From Selaginella moellendorffii (lineage: Eukaryota > Plantae > Lycopodiophyta): a stretch of 64,000 nucleotides of DNA. Under the pieces are notes generated by a model. That model was given only the letters and a program-made list of their open reading frames with translations, was not told the DNA's origin and ran no database searches. The stretch covers positions 376,499 to 440,498 of the forward strand of contig NW_003314323.1 in the NCBI RefSeq assembly GCF_000143415.4. The letters run 5' to 3'. A program made the position numbers and the translations under genes. Positions 10,269 through 21,002 of the stretch are shown one piece after another (position 1 is the stretch's first letter; each line of letters begins with the position of its first letter).

Positions 10269-11522
10269 ATGGGGACTTATAAGGACAAGGGAGGATCTTT
10301 TTGGGAGGATTTGGGGGACATAATAAAAGGTGGCGGACCACGGATCCTTTTCTTAATGCTGGGCAGAAGCATATTGGTCGGAGTTTCGCTGTTACTGTTG
10401 CTGCTGCTGCTGCTCGACCACAGTCCGAGCGATAGAGATGAAGGTGGAATCCACTCCGGAGAATCGGGTCCTCTTGAGAATATTATCCAAGGGAAGAGGA
10501 CAGCAGTGTGCCTGGTTGGAGAAGCACGTCACTTGGAGCTCACGGGGCCGAGCATCCGCAAATACGTTCTCGAGACTCTGAAGAACAGCAGCGTTTTCAT
10601 CAACATGCCCCTGGACAGCAACTCATACAAAATGTTCGTGCTCGATGGCGGCGGTGGATCTTACAACTTCACGTCGGCAAACATCTTCTCGCCGCAATAC
10701 ATATGGGAGACGAAGGTTTCCAGAGAAACATTGACAGCCAAAAAGTCGCCCCGAGCGCTCCAAGGCCTGCTCCAGTACTTCGCCCTGAACGAAGGGTGCG
10801 GGACGATGATCCGGCAGCAGGAGGAGCTCCAGGGCTTCAAGTACGACTGGATCGTCAGGACGCGGCTGGATACGTTCTGGACGGCACCGATACCCGTGGA
10901 GTACCGAAACTCCACGTACACAGTTCCTCGCGGAACGAGGTACGGTGGCTACAACGATCGACTGGGTGTTGGGGACAGGAAAACGAGCAGAATCGCGCTC
11001 CAACGTCTCTCCGCGTTGCCGCTCCTCCACTCGGCTGGCTACCGGAGCGAGAACTCAGAGTCGGTCTATAAAGCACAGCTCAAGCTTGAAAACGTGAAGG
11101 TGGCGGAGGACGAGTTTTCTTTCTGCGTGCTAAGCAACCGGAGCTTTCCTTACCCGCCAGGAAGGCACGGAGCGCTCGTAGCCTCGATCCAAGGCAAGGG
11201 GCCACTGAACGGAGCGTACTGTCGGCCGTGTAGGCCGTCCGAAAGCTCCAGCCGGTCCCGGGAGATGGTGGAGAGGATGGTCGACGCTTGGATTCCCACC
11301 GAAGCGGCGGAGGTGGAAGTGTGTGACGGATCTGGGGGCTGGGAAGCGGGGTGGCCGGAAGTGTTTGATGCCGCGGCCGGGGAGGAGGCGGCCGCATTGA
11401 GGAAGGAGAGCGATGGCATCAGCAAGGCCGAGTGCGTTTCAAGGCTAGCGAGATTCAAGGACCGATGGAGCTCCTGGAAGGGCCCGAGTACTACGTTGAT
11501 CTGCGAATCAATGGACCGTTGA
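10269..11522 (+). CDS. Uncharacterised plant type-II membrane protein (single N-terminal TM helix; possibly glycosyltransferase-like fold)
   Basis: Intronless ORF with hydrophobic LVGVSLLLLLLLLL and motifs TAVCLVGEARHLELTGPSI, YDWIVRTRLD and GYNDRLGVG seen in a conserved plant family of unknown function. Start is either ATG 10269 or ATG 10356. Confidence 0.75.
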   Translation: MGTYKDKGGSFWEDLGDIIKGGGPRILFLMLGRSILVGVSLLLLLLLLLDHSPSDRDEGGIHSGESGPLENIIQGKRTAVCLVGEARHLELTGPSIRKYVLETLKNSSVFINMPLDSNSYKMFVLDGGGGSYNFTSANIFSPQYIWETKVSRETLTAKKSPRALQGLLQYFALNEGCGTMIRQQEELQGFKYDWIVRTRLDTFWTAPIPVEYRNSTYTVPRGTRYGGYNDRLGVGDRKTSRIALQRLSALPLLHSAGYRSENSESVYKAQLKLENVKVAEDEFSFCVLSNRSFPYPPGRHGALVASIQGKGPLNGAYCRPCRPSESSSRSREMVERMVDAWIPTEAAEVEVCDGSGGWEAGWPEVFDAAAGEEAAALRKESDGISKAECVSRLARFKDRWSSWKGPSTTLICESMDR

Positions 11523-11616
11523 CTTTTCTTGTCCGTTGACCTTATGGTCAATCAGTAGACTTAGTGTCGGAAAATATCCGGAGTCTGAGACCGTCAACCG
11601 TTGAATTTCACAATGG

Positions 11617-13422
11617 TCAATTTTGATCCAAACGATCTCCACGGTCATTTGCGTACATGGTGTAGAGCAGAACGTATGGCGCGGACTTTAGCGTGGTGAG
11701 CTTGGAGGCTCGCTTGGCCGCGTGGGATCCCCGGCCAACGTCGTGGTGGAGCTTGCAAGATCCCACCAGGGTCATCCAGGCAGCAGAGTCCGGGGTGTAA
11801 GGCATGGATTGGACGAGCTCCTGGGCCTTTTCGAGCTGCCCCGAGCGTCCCATGACACCCACCAGGCACCCGAAGTGTTCCATCGTCGGGACCATCCCTC
11901 GGTCCTGGATCATCGATCCAAACAGGCTCCGGCTCTCGCTCAGCAGGCCGAGATGGCTGCAAACGCTGAGAATGTCGACGAAGGTTATGTCGTTGAGGCT
12001 CGAGGCTTCGAGATCCATGTCGCGGAGGAGCTCCACGGCGGGGGAGTATCGTCCGTTGAGTGCGAACACGGAAACCATCGAGTTCCACGAGACCTCGTTG
12101 CGCAGCGGCATGGAATCAAACACGAGCTTTGCGAGCTCCACCTCCCCGATCTGTCCGTACATGGAGATCATGCTTGTCCAGGAGACGATGTCTCGCACGG
12201 TCATGCTGTCGAAGATGCTCTTGGCTTCGTGGAGGTGGCCGTGGTGGAGGTGGGCGACAATGAGAGCCGTCCACGATGCCTCATCCAGGCGCTCCATTCT
12301 GGTGAGGAGTTTCTCGGCCTCTACGAGATACCCTGCCTGGGCATATGCAGCGATTAGGACGTTCCAGGAGCTCGTGTCCCTCTCGGGCATGGTATCGAAA
12401 ATGGCGCGTGCTTGCTCCAGATGCCCGTGCTGCGAATATCCAGTCAACATGGTATTCCAAGTCACCATGTTGACTTTGGTCAGAGAGTCAAAGAGTTTCC
12501 TGGCCTCGTCCATTTGCCCGCGGAAGGTATATGCCGCCACCATTGCCGTGGAGGCCACCACGTTGTGAAAGGGCATCTTTTCAAAGAGTTCCCGCGCCTT
12601 GTGTGGCTCTCCGTTATGAGCGTAAGCCTGGATCATGGCGGTCCACGTAACGAGATCGCGCTCGGGCATGGAATCAAAGGTCTTTCTTGCTAAAACGACA
12701 TGCCCAGCAAGAGAATAAGCTGTGATCACGCACGTCCAGCTGATAAGATCTCGTTCAGCCATGGCTTGGAAAAAATGCAGTGTTTTTTGTAGTTGATTAT
12801 CTTGTGCAAAGGCGTCCATGATCGCGTTCCAGGACGAAACATTGTGTTCTGGCATGGAATCAAAAAAGAGCTCCGCTGATTCCAAATGCCCGTGCTGGGC
12901 AAATGCTGCAAGAAGAGCGTTCCAGGATATAATGTTTCTCTCGGGCATTAGATCGAAGACTACCTTTGCTTTTTCGATCTCTCCCTCTTGTGCATAGGCA
13001 CCAAGAATCGCTGTCCAGGAAACGAGGGTTCTCTCGGGCATAGAGTCGAAGAGCTTGCGCGCTTGGGCTAGATCCCGGGCCTGGGCATACGCAGCAAGGA
13101 TTGTCGTCCAGGAGATCACATGCTGGAGAGGCATGCGATCGAAAAGCGATCGCGCATTGTCGATCCATCCGTTTTTGGCGCACGCCTCGATCACGATGTT
13201 GTACGAGAAGAGGTTAGGGTTCTTGATAGCGTGAAAGGTTTCCAACGCAAGTTGGGGGCTGTGGCACTTCCCGTAGGCCTCGACCATCAGATTGCTGAGG
13301 TATCTGTCCCCTCTCTCCCGGATTTCCAGATCGATCGCCCGCGCGGCGGCAAAATCCCCCACATTTCCAATGTCCCTCAGTGATTGGGAGAGAGCGATTT
13401 GGTCGAGAACTCTCGGCTCCAT
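11617..13422 (-). CDS. PLS-class PPR protein (E-type, no DYW)
   Basis: 601-aa intronless ORF of tandem short PPR motifs ending FVDILSVCSHLG, HFGCLVGVMGRSG, WMTLVGSCKLH and APYVLL. Confidence 0.94.
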   Translation of the reverse strand: MEPRVLDQIALSQSLRDIGNVGDFAAARAIDLEIRERGDRYLSNLMVEAYGKCHSPQLALETFHAIKNPNLFSYNIVIEACAKNGWIDNARSLFDRMPLQHVISWTTILAAYAQARDLAQARKLFDSMPERTLVSWTAILGAYAQEGEIEKAKVVFDLMPERNIISWNALLAAFAQHGHLESAELFFDSMPEHNVSSWNAIMDAFAQDNQLQKTLHFFQAMAERDLISWTCVITAYSLAGHVVLARKTFDSMPERDLVTWTAMIQAYAHNGEPHKARELFEKMPFHNVVASTAMVAAYTFRGQMDEARKLFDSLTKVNMVTWNTMLTGYSQHGHLEQARAIFDTMPERDTSSWNVLIAAYAQAGYLVEAEKLLTRMERLDEASWTALIVAHLHHGHLHEAKSIFDSMTVRDIVSWTSMISMYGQIGEVELAKLVFDSMPLRNEVSWNSMVSVFALNGRYSPAVELLRDMDLEASSLNDITFVDILSVCSHLGLLSESRSLFGSMIQDRGMVPTMEHFGCLVGVMGRSGQLEKAQELVQSMPYTPDSAAWMTLVGSCKLHHDVGRGSHAAKRASKLTTLKSAPYVLLYTMYANDRGDRLDQN

Positions 13423-13440
13423 GGCCAGGCATTCTAGCTG

Positions 13441-13560
13441 TCAATAATTTGTTCTCCTCTGGCTCTAGTTCGTGCTAGCGGCGAGTCCAAGCATCTCGCT
13501 AAGGCAAGATATCTTGCAAATCTACCGATCGAGGCGTGTGGAAAATGCAAGTGGCCCGTG
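13441..13560 (+). pseudogene. Collapsed remnant of the 5' end of the PPR gene at 28147
   Basis: GTGCTAGCGGCGAGTCCAAGCATCTCGCTAAGGCAA...GATATCTTGCAAATCTACCGATCGAGGCGTGTGGAAAATGC aligns with 28241-28365, with an internal deletion. Confidence 0.8.
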
Positions 13561-13730
13561 GGGGTTCAAGCCTAATAAATTCTGCATCGCTGCTAATGCT
13601 ATTAGGAGTTGGAATTGACTTGAACTATTGATTTGTAAAACAAAAAACGTTATATGGCGCATTAAGCCTTTATTTAATTTTCTAACATTTTATTCTTTCA
13701 TAATAATGAAAATTAAAATAAATTTATCAA

Positions 13731-13895
13731 TGTGAGGGCCAAGTGTACAGTTACGATGCCGTATACTAATATTAGCGTAGGGGGATTTTGATAGCCGTCA
13801 GATTGGTTTCAATCTGGACCACTCGCCTCTGTATGTTTTTGGGCTAATTGATATGCACATTTTTATATTCCCTTTCCATATTCTAAGCACTCACA
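13731..13895 (+). repeat. 5' LTR of outer gypsy element (165 bp)
   Basis: Direct repeat of 26999-27173 with scattered substitutions and one short indel near the TATA-like segment. Confidence 0.92.
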
Positions 13896-15041
13896 TTGAT
13901 GGAGATGAGAGGCAGCTTTGATTGTCCTTGAGGAGTGCTTGGATTTGGGATTTTAGTTTAGATCTAACTTTTGCATCGTCTAGATCTAACTTTTTCCATT
14001 TCCTTTCTTTTGTTCTTTCTTTTCAGGGTTTTGGTTTAAATCTAGCTTTTTGCGTTGTCTAGATCTACCATTTCCTTCTAGTTTTTTGTCATTTCTCTGT
14101 TTTTGCTCTTTCTTTTTAGTTCATCTTCATGGCAGATCAACAATCTCCTCCTTTAACTCTAGAGCAACAGTTGGTACAATTACTTGATGTTATACGCTTG
14201 CAATTGAACAACTAAACTCAGTTGATGGCGGCGTTCACGGCACATGGTACAACTCCTCCTGCTCTTGGTGCCAATCCTCGCGTTCGGCCAGAGTTCTTTC
14301 ACGGGAATCCTGGGGATGATGTGTACTATTGGTTCGATCACTTCACGGTGATTGCCACATATCATTCTTGGGATGATGCTTGATGGTTGCATAAGTTTCC
14401 CATGTGTCTCCAAGGGATGGCGTTGCAGTGGTACAATGGTTTGAGTGCAGCCACTCGTGGGGATTGGAGTGTTCTCCTACACATCTTCAAATATGCCTTC
14501 GGACATGCCAATGATTGCGCCACTCGTGGGGATTGGAGTGTTCTCCCGGACATCTTCAAATGCGCCTTCGGACATGCCGATGATTGTGATGATACTTTCC
14601 AACAATTGCATCGTCTTCGCCAAGGGCCATTTGAGTATTTAGCGTTCGTTTCCGAAGTCTTTTGCTTCATGCGGAGCCAAATATGTCGGAGCGGATCAAG
14701 CTAAGAATGTTGTGGCCAGCACTTCGTCAAGATCTTGCAATTTGGTGTTTGTTTCCGAAGTCTTTTGCTTTGTATGGAGCCAAATATGTCGAAGCGGATC
14801 AAGCTAGGAATGTTGTGGCTAGCACTTCGTCAAGATCTTGTCGGACTTGTGCATGCACTTGCTCCTACCACCTTTGACGATGCTCTTCGCTTAGCACAAC
14901 GTTATGAGACGTCACCTTTTCCACTTCTCGCTGCACGTCCTTCCGCTCCACTTCCTATGGGTGATGGTCTTGTTCCAATGGAGGTTGATGCTGCTGCTGC
15001 TCGAGTCTAAGGACAAGCGCGAGGACGTGGTCGTGGCCGTG

Positions 15042-15492
15042 TGTAAGCTCCTGAATTTGGACTTCCCGGGAGGTCACCCAGCCCAGTACTATTCAAACCC
15101 AATGACACTTAACCCTAAATATCCCAAGACCCTTAACCGATTGGAAAAAGGGGTGCACTCTTATTCATGGGCCCTTTCCCTCTATATTTGAACCCCATGG
15201 ACCATCTCTCAAGTCGTTCCCTTTGGTTGCTTACAATCCACCACGCTTCCCTGCAAGTTCACGCCCTTGTGAACAGAAGCTGAGAGCCACATCTCTCCCG
15301 AGAGCCCCGCTCTCTTGACACCCTACCCCTCGGGTTGAGCCCAGTGGGAGCAAACTGGACCAGCCATATGTCAATCAACATATGGTGTGATTCCCTTAGC
15401 CAACCAACAGAGTCGGACCCAAGACCGCTCTGATACCAAATGTAAACTCCTGAATTTGGACTTCCCGGGAAGTCCAAACTCAGAAGCTTACA
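15042..15492 (-). mobile_element. Cassandra-type TRIM (5S rRNA-derived LTR) nested in gag
   Basis: 3' LTR 15042-15235 (TGTAAGC...GCTTACA); PPT-like segment at 15236-15251; non-coding internal region of ~205 bp; Met-tRNA PBS TGGTATCAGAGC at 15427-15438 (minus); aberrant 5' LTR 15441-15492; TSD CCGTG/CTGTG. Confidence 0.88.
15059..15113 (-). other. 5S rRNA-derived internal control region (A box to C box) inside the TRIM LTR; not a full 5S gene
   Basis: Minus strand reads GTTAAGTGTCATTGGGTTTGAATAGTACTGGGCTGGGTGACCTCCCGGGAAGTCC, versus plant 5S GTTAAGCGTGCTTGGGCGAGAGTAGTACTAGGATGGGTGACCTCCTGGGAAGTCC. Confidence 0.87.
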
Positions 15493-15693
15493 CTGTGATG
15501 TTCGCTACTAGGCGTGTGATGAAGTTAGTTATACTTATCGGCGTTGCCGTCATTTTCCGGATTGGCGACCTCCATTTCCTGGGTGGAGACCTTGGCGTCA
15601 GCAACATCCCCTGGGTGCTGCTGCAGTGGAAGGTTTGGACACCAAGATGCATCCGGGAAACGAGGAGTCGCGTGAGTAACGGAGGGACCTTGC

Positions 15694-18600
15694 ATGAATA
15701 AATCAGTGACCCCTCCATCTTTCTTTCGAGAGTATTATCAAGGGGTTCACTCGGCACCGGTTCATCTAGTGTTTACTTTCCAAGTTCGTTTTTATAACAA
15801 AAAGTCTCTTATTATTCTCTTCGTGTTGGTTGATACAGGTTCGAGTTTATCTTCTATTGCTCAACCTGTTACCACACGTTGTCGTCTACACTTGCGTCGT
15901 GCAGCGGAACCAGTTTTCATTCTTTATGGCAACAGCCGTACACATGCATGTGCATGGGATGAGGTGGACCTAGTTGTGCGTGTGGGCAATCTCGAGCTTG
16001 AGTTGCAGTCGTTGCGGGTGGTGCCGAGTCAGGCTTTTGACCTCATTCTTGGTGTGGATTGGTTGCAGCGCAATCATGCCAAGTGTGACTTTAAGGCTTC
16101 TCCCCCTTGTCTCATACTTTTTTATGTTTCATCCGTTCCTCTCACTTCCATACCTCTTCGTTCTTGTACTTTTACCTTTGCTTCCATTACTTTTGTTCCC
16201 CCACTCTTTCCTTCTGTGTTTCCATCTTGTTCTACTTTTCCCTTTTCCGATCCCTCCAACAATCTTTGTGTTGCAGCAGTTGACCGGCTCATAAAGGAGT
16301 ATTCTGATCTCTTTGAATTTAACCTATCGTCTAGGGCCAAGATTGCCACACGTCATCCGATTCTAACCGGGGATGCTCGTCCAATCAAGGTTCCTGTTCG
16401 TCGTCGGTCACCTAAAGAGATCAAGATTTTACGAGCAAATGTCACGGAGATGTTGGAGAAGGGTGTTATTCAGAAGTCGCGGAGTCCTTGGGCATGTGAA
16501 CCTCATCTTGTGACGAAGCCTAATGGGAGTATTCGTTTCTGCATCAACTATCGTCCATGAAACGAAATGACAATCCCAGATGTGTATCCTCTTCCTCACA
16601 CTGCTGATCTCTTGGATCGTCTGGGGCGAAGTCATTGGTTCACCAAGCTAGATCTTGCTTCTGGGTATTGGCAAGTACCGATGGCCGAAGAAGATATTCC
16701 TAAGACTGCTTTTCATACACTATTTGGTTTGTACGAGTTCTTGGTAATGCTGTTTGGTTTGAACAATGCTCCAGCAACTTTCCAGCAGATGATGGACGAG
16801 GTTCTTTGCGATATGCCGGAGGTGACTGCTGACTTCATTGATGATGTTTTGATCCACTCAGAGGGGACGTGGGAGGAGCATGTTTGTGATGTTTGTAAAG
16901 TGCTGGATTGGCTACGCAACGTTGGTTTAAAGCTGAAGCGGTCAAAGTGCGTGTTTGGGTCCAAGGACACAACTTATCTTGGGTACCATATTTCTCATGA
17001 GGGTTTGTAAGTTGATCCTGACAAACTTGTGGCTGTTCTAAAGTTCCCTACTCTGAAGTGTGTGAATGATGTGCATCGCTTTTTAGGTAAGGTGCAGTAT
17101 CTCGGTCGTTTTGTGGATCATCTTTCCGATCACACTACACCATTGCGAGCGTTGCTGAAGTCATCAACGTCATCTTTCATCTGGTCTCCGGATTGTGAGC
17201 GGGCGTTCATGAATCTCAAAGAGCTATTGACGACTCCTCCGGTTTTGGCATATCCTGACTACACTTGACCTTTTATTTTGCGCGTGGATGCTTCTGACAT
17301 TGGTCTTGGAGGTGTGTTGATGCAAGAGAGCTCGAGTGTGCCTGGTCAGCGCCATCCCATTGCATACATAAGTCGTACATTACAACCAGCGGAGATGAAC
17401 TACTCTACAACAGAGAAGGAGTGTCTAGCAGCAGTCTGGGGTTTCAAGAAACTTCATGCATATCTACATGGTTCTCGGACGTTACTTGAAAGTGACCATG
17501 CTACTGTTACTTCATTATTGAAGCGGAAGAACCTGGTTGGTCGTACGGCTCGATGGGCTTTGAAACTTCAGATATATGATTTCGATGTTGTTCATCGCCC
17601 AGGGAGTTCTATGGCTGATGCTGATGCCCTTTCTCGAGCTCCTCTTCCTTCTCCACTCACTTCTCATGTTTCTGACGAACATGTTGTTCCAGCATCTGTG
17701 GATTTTCTAGATGAGGATTCTGTGCCGTCAACGGTTGCTGTCCTTGACGTTCAGTGTCCACAGGGCGCAGAGCAAGATCTACCTTCTTTTGATGAGGTTC
17801 GCGAGGCTCAAAAGATTGAGCCGTGGATTCGAAAGCTTCGAGATGGGTTTGAGAATCCTACATCACTTGCTAATGACTTGCCTTTCCGGCATTTACATTC
17901 TCAATATCACCTTGAAGATAGCCTTCTTTATTTTGTGGGGACGGATCCTAATGATCATTTACGGCTGGTGATGCCTTCAGTGTTTATTCCGCGGTTTCTC
18001 CATGCCTACCATGATTCTCCTGTTCTAGGTGGGCATATGGGACACCGTCGTGTCACCAAGAAGCTGCGTAGGTCTTTCTATTGGCCAGAAATGTGACATG
18101 ATATTATCCAATATATGCGCAGCTGTGTTTGGTGCCAAGCTCGTAATACTCCCCCTCGTGCTACAGAAGGACGGTTGGAGTCAATTGCGGTTTCCCGTCC
18201 ATTTTAGTTAGTGGTGTTTGATTTTATGGGACCTTTTCCACGGTCGACTGCTGGCAATGAGTATGTTATTATTGCTTCTGACTACTTGATTCGTTGGGTG
18301 GAAGTTGGTGCTCTTGCTAGCGCCTCTGCAACTGCTATTGGATGCTTCCTCCTCAATCAAGTGGTGTTCAAGCATTCTTGTCCAGAGCAGATTTTTTCGG
18401 ATAATTGTCCCGCATTTATGGCTGAGGCATTTCATGTTTTGACGTCTCGGTTGAGGATATGCCACACTTTCACAAGTGCTTATCATCCACAATCAGACGG
18501 TCTAGTGGAACAGCTTGTTCGGACCTTCAAAGGGATGATTGCGAAGTATGTGAACTTTCAGCATTCGGATTGTGATGGTTATTTGCCGTCTCTTCGGTAT

Positions 18601-19129
18601 GTATATGTTACAGGGGTGCAGAGTTCTGTTGGTGCTTCACCATATAAACTCCTATATGGTCATGATCCAATATTACTAACGGAGCTGGGTTTACCTTCGC
18701 GATTGCCATGAGCTGCCGATGCTAGATCATGGGATCAATATTTGATGAGCATTCTTCTACTTGTCCAAGCAAAGTCTGCCGAACACTTAGGCCGCGTACA
18801 AGTGGGACAACAACAACACTACAACTCCCATCATCGTCCACCTACGGAGTATAAAGTGGATGATTTGGTGTTAGTCCGTTTTCCCCATCTTACGGTATGT
18901 GGGTTATCTAAGGGGTTTCTTGCGCAATGGAAAGGACCATATCGGGTGTTGCGGCAAGTTGGACCACAAGTTTATGAGGTTTGGCATGACGTTCACCAGG
19001 CCGATCCTCTAGAGATTGTGCATGTGCAGCAGCTGAAACGCTTCGTACAAAGGGATCAAGAGGAGTTAATACCACCTACAGATCCACCGATGCCTCCTCC
19101 TGATGTTCCTCCAGATCCTGGCCCATCTT
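15694..19129 (+). pseudogene. pol (aspartic protease, RT, RNase H, integrase) of the outer element, broken by nonsense codons
   Basis: Motifs LVDTGSS, DLILGVDWL, RFCINYRP, KLDLASGYWQV, FIDDVLI, DAS..GLGGVL, NYSTTEKECLA, H...GGHMG and YHPQSDGLVE. All track fragments lie in one reading frame. Confidence 0.93.
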
Positions 19130-20261
19130 TGTAAGCGACTAAATTTCCCATTCTACTTTAGTCACTTAACCACACCTCTGACCACTTGGAGGAGTCTCAT
19201 TCACAACCTCCATAAGTCCAATCCAGGACTTGGGACTTGCTAGCCCCGAGAATGGCATCCATGCCACTCAACATTTGCACTTGGTCCAAGTGCTCCACGT
19301 GTCTGATCCCATGACCGACACTCAAAGGTACCACCGACATAGCAGCCCGTTACGCTAAGGCCATGCCCAATCACCTTTGCCACACTGGTAGTCCAATACC
19401 ACTTGCATCACCGTCTTGGCTCTCCAAGACTAGGCAAACTATCCGTGAGTGGTCATCTCAGATCCACTCCTTAGCATCCTTAGGATGCCCACCGACAAGG
19501 GGAATAGCCTTCCCCAATATCCCTCTGTCAGTCCCCACTAAGTCCCTTTCTGCCCCTGGCCGTGTTTGCCAACACTGCCACTGGATCGAGACCCACAGGC
19601 CCGACCACTAAGTCCCACGGTCCTCTGGGACTTCCTCACCACACGACTGTGTCCTTGGTCACTACCCCAGAGGACTGCTCCTCTTCCTTTCCACAGTCTG
19701 GGCCTTTGGGACAACATCTCGGAACACCGTGGCCTTACGCGAGCCACCTGGGTACTCTCCTCGCCTTCTGCCTTTGGGTGCTCTAGCCATGGGCTTAGAG
19801 CGGGTTCCGTTGAGCCACACCAGGTATCCAAGTAGGTAGTGCCACCCACACTTGGACTGGGAGCATCGGCCAGTCGATCTCCCGGGGGAACTAGAGCCGG
19901 CTCTTGAACACTTCACCAAACTACCCCGCTTGTCGGTCTGTGTTCACTCTAGTCTTGGACTTCCCAGTGGGCAGCTCATCACCCAACACTGGGTCCGGCC
20001 TTCCTGGGCCAAACTGGCCTTTCCTGGCCAAACTGGCTCCACTGCAGTCCTCCCCCTACTATACTTTTGGAGCTCACCAAACCCCCCAGGGTCTGGGAGA
20101 CGAACGCTTTGGGCTTTCACCCTCTCAGGCTCCGGACTCGGACTCGGACTCGGACTCGGACTCGGACTCGGACTCGGACTCGGACTCGGACTCGGACTCG
20201 GACTCGGACTCGATCTCGGGCTCGGTCTCGGCCTCGGCCTCGGTCTCGGTCTCGGTCCCGA

Positions 20262-20293
<32 letters not shown>

Positions 20294-21002
20294 CCGGTCT
20301 CGGTCCCGGTCTCGGTCTCCATCTCGGACTCCATCTCGGACTCCATCTCGGACTCCATCTCGGACTCCATCTCGGGTCCATCTCGGGTCCATCTCGGACT
20401 CCATCTCGGACTCCATCTCGGGTCCATCTCGGACTCCATCTCGAACTCCATTTCGGGTCCCTCTCGGGTCCACCTTGGACTCCATCTCGGACTCCATCTC
20501 GGGTCCATCTCGGACTCCATCTCGGACTCCATTTCGGGTCCATCTCGGGTCCACCTCGGACTCCATCTCGGACTCCATCTCGGACTCCATCTCGGGTCCA
20601 TCTCGGACTCCACTTCGGACTCCAACTCGGGTCCACCTCGGACTCCACTTCGGACTCCTTCTCGGACTCCATCTCGGGTCCATCTCGGACTCCACTTCGG
20701 ACTCCAACTCGGGTCCATCTCGGACTCCACTTCGGACTCCAACTCGGGTCCATCTCGGGTTCATCTCGGACACTCCCACGTGTCATGTGTTGGCCCTTTT
20801 GGGTCTCTTTTTGGAGCCTCGCCTTTTACTCGCTTCGTGCTCGTTCCTCGAGCACTTCGTTGGGAGTTCCACTCCCGCTCTTGACTTTTCAAGTCGGAGC
20901 TTTTGGTCCAAACGTGTTACGCTCGTTTGGCTCTCGCTTCGGCCACTACCATGTGGCGCCCTTCCGGCTCCATTTTGGGGCCTAGGGATTTTGTGTCTCA
21001 CA
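19130..21002 (-). repeat. 3' LTR of inner element (1873 bp)
   Basis: Direct repeat of 25105-26947. Confidence 0.95.
20134..20770. repeat. Compound micro/minisatellite in LTR: (GGACTC)13, then GGTCTC-type hexamers, then GGACTCCATCTC-type 12-mers
   Basis: Read directly from the sequence. Confidence 0.95.

Larger units (their letters stand above)
14129..15690 (+). pseudogene. Degenerate gag of the outer element, interrupted by the TRIM
   Basis: Retrotrans_gag-like LQGMALQWY, then PMEVDAA, an RG-rich linker and a degenerate zinc knuckle resuming after 15497. Contains internal tandem duplications of about 69 bp (from 14450) and about 103 bp (from 14648). Confidence 0.75.

Noticed and set aside
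15059-15113. Functional 5S rRNA gene
   Set aside because: Only ~55 of ~120 nt are present, the A-box half is diverged, and it is embedded in an LTR.
20134-20770. Possible CRISPR-like array
   Set aside because: Contiguous tandem units without unique spacers, no cas genes, eukaryotic context.
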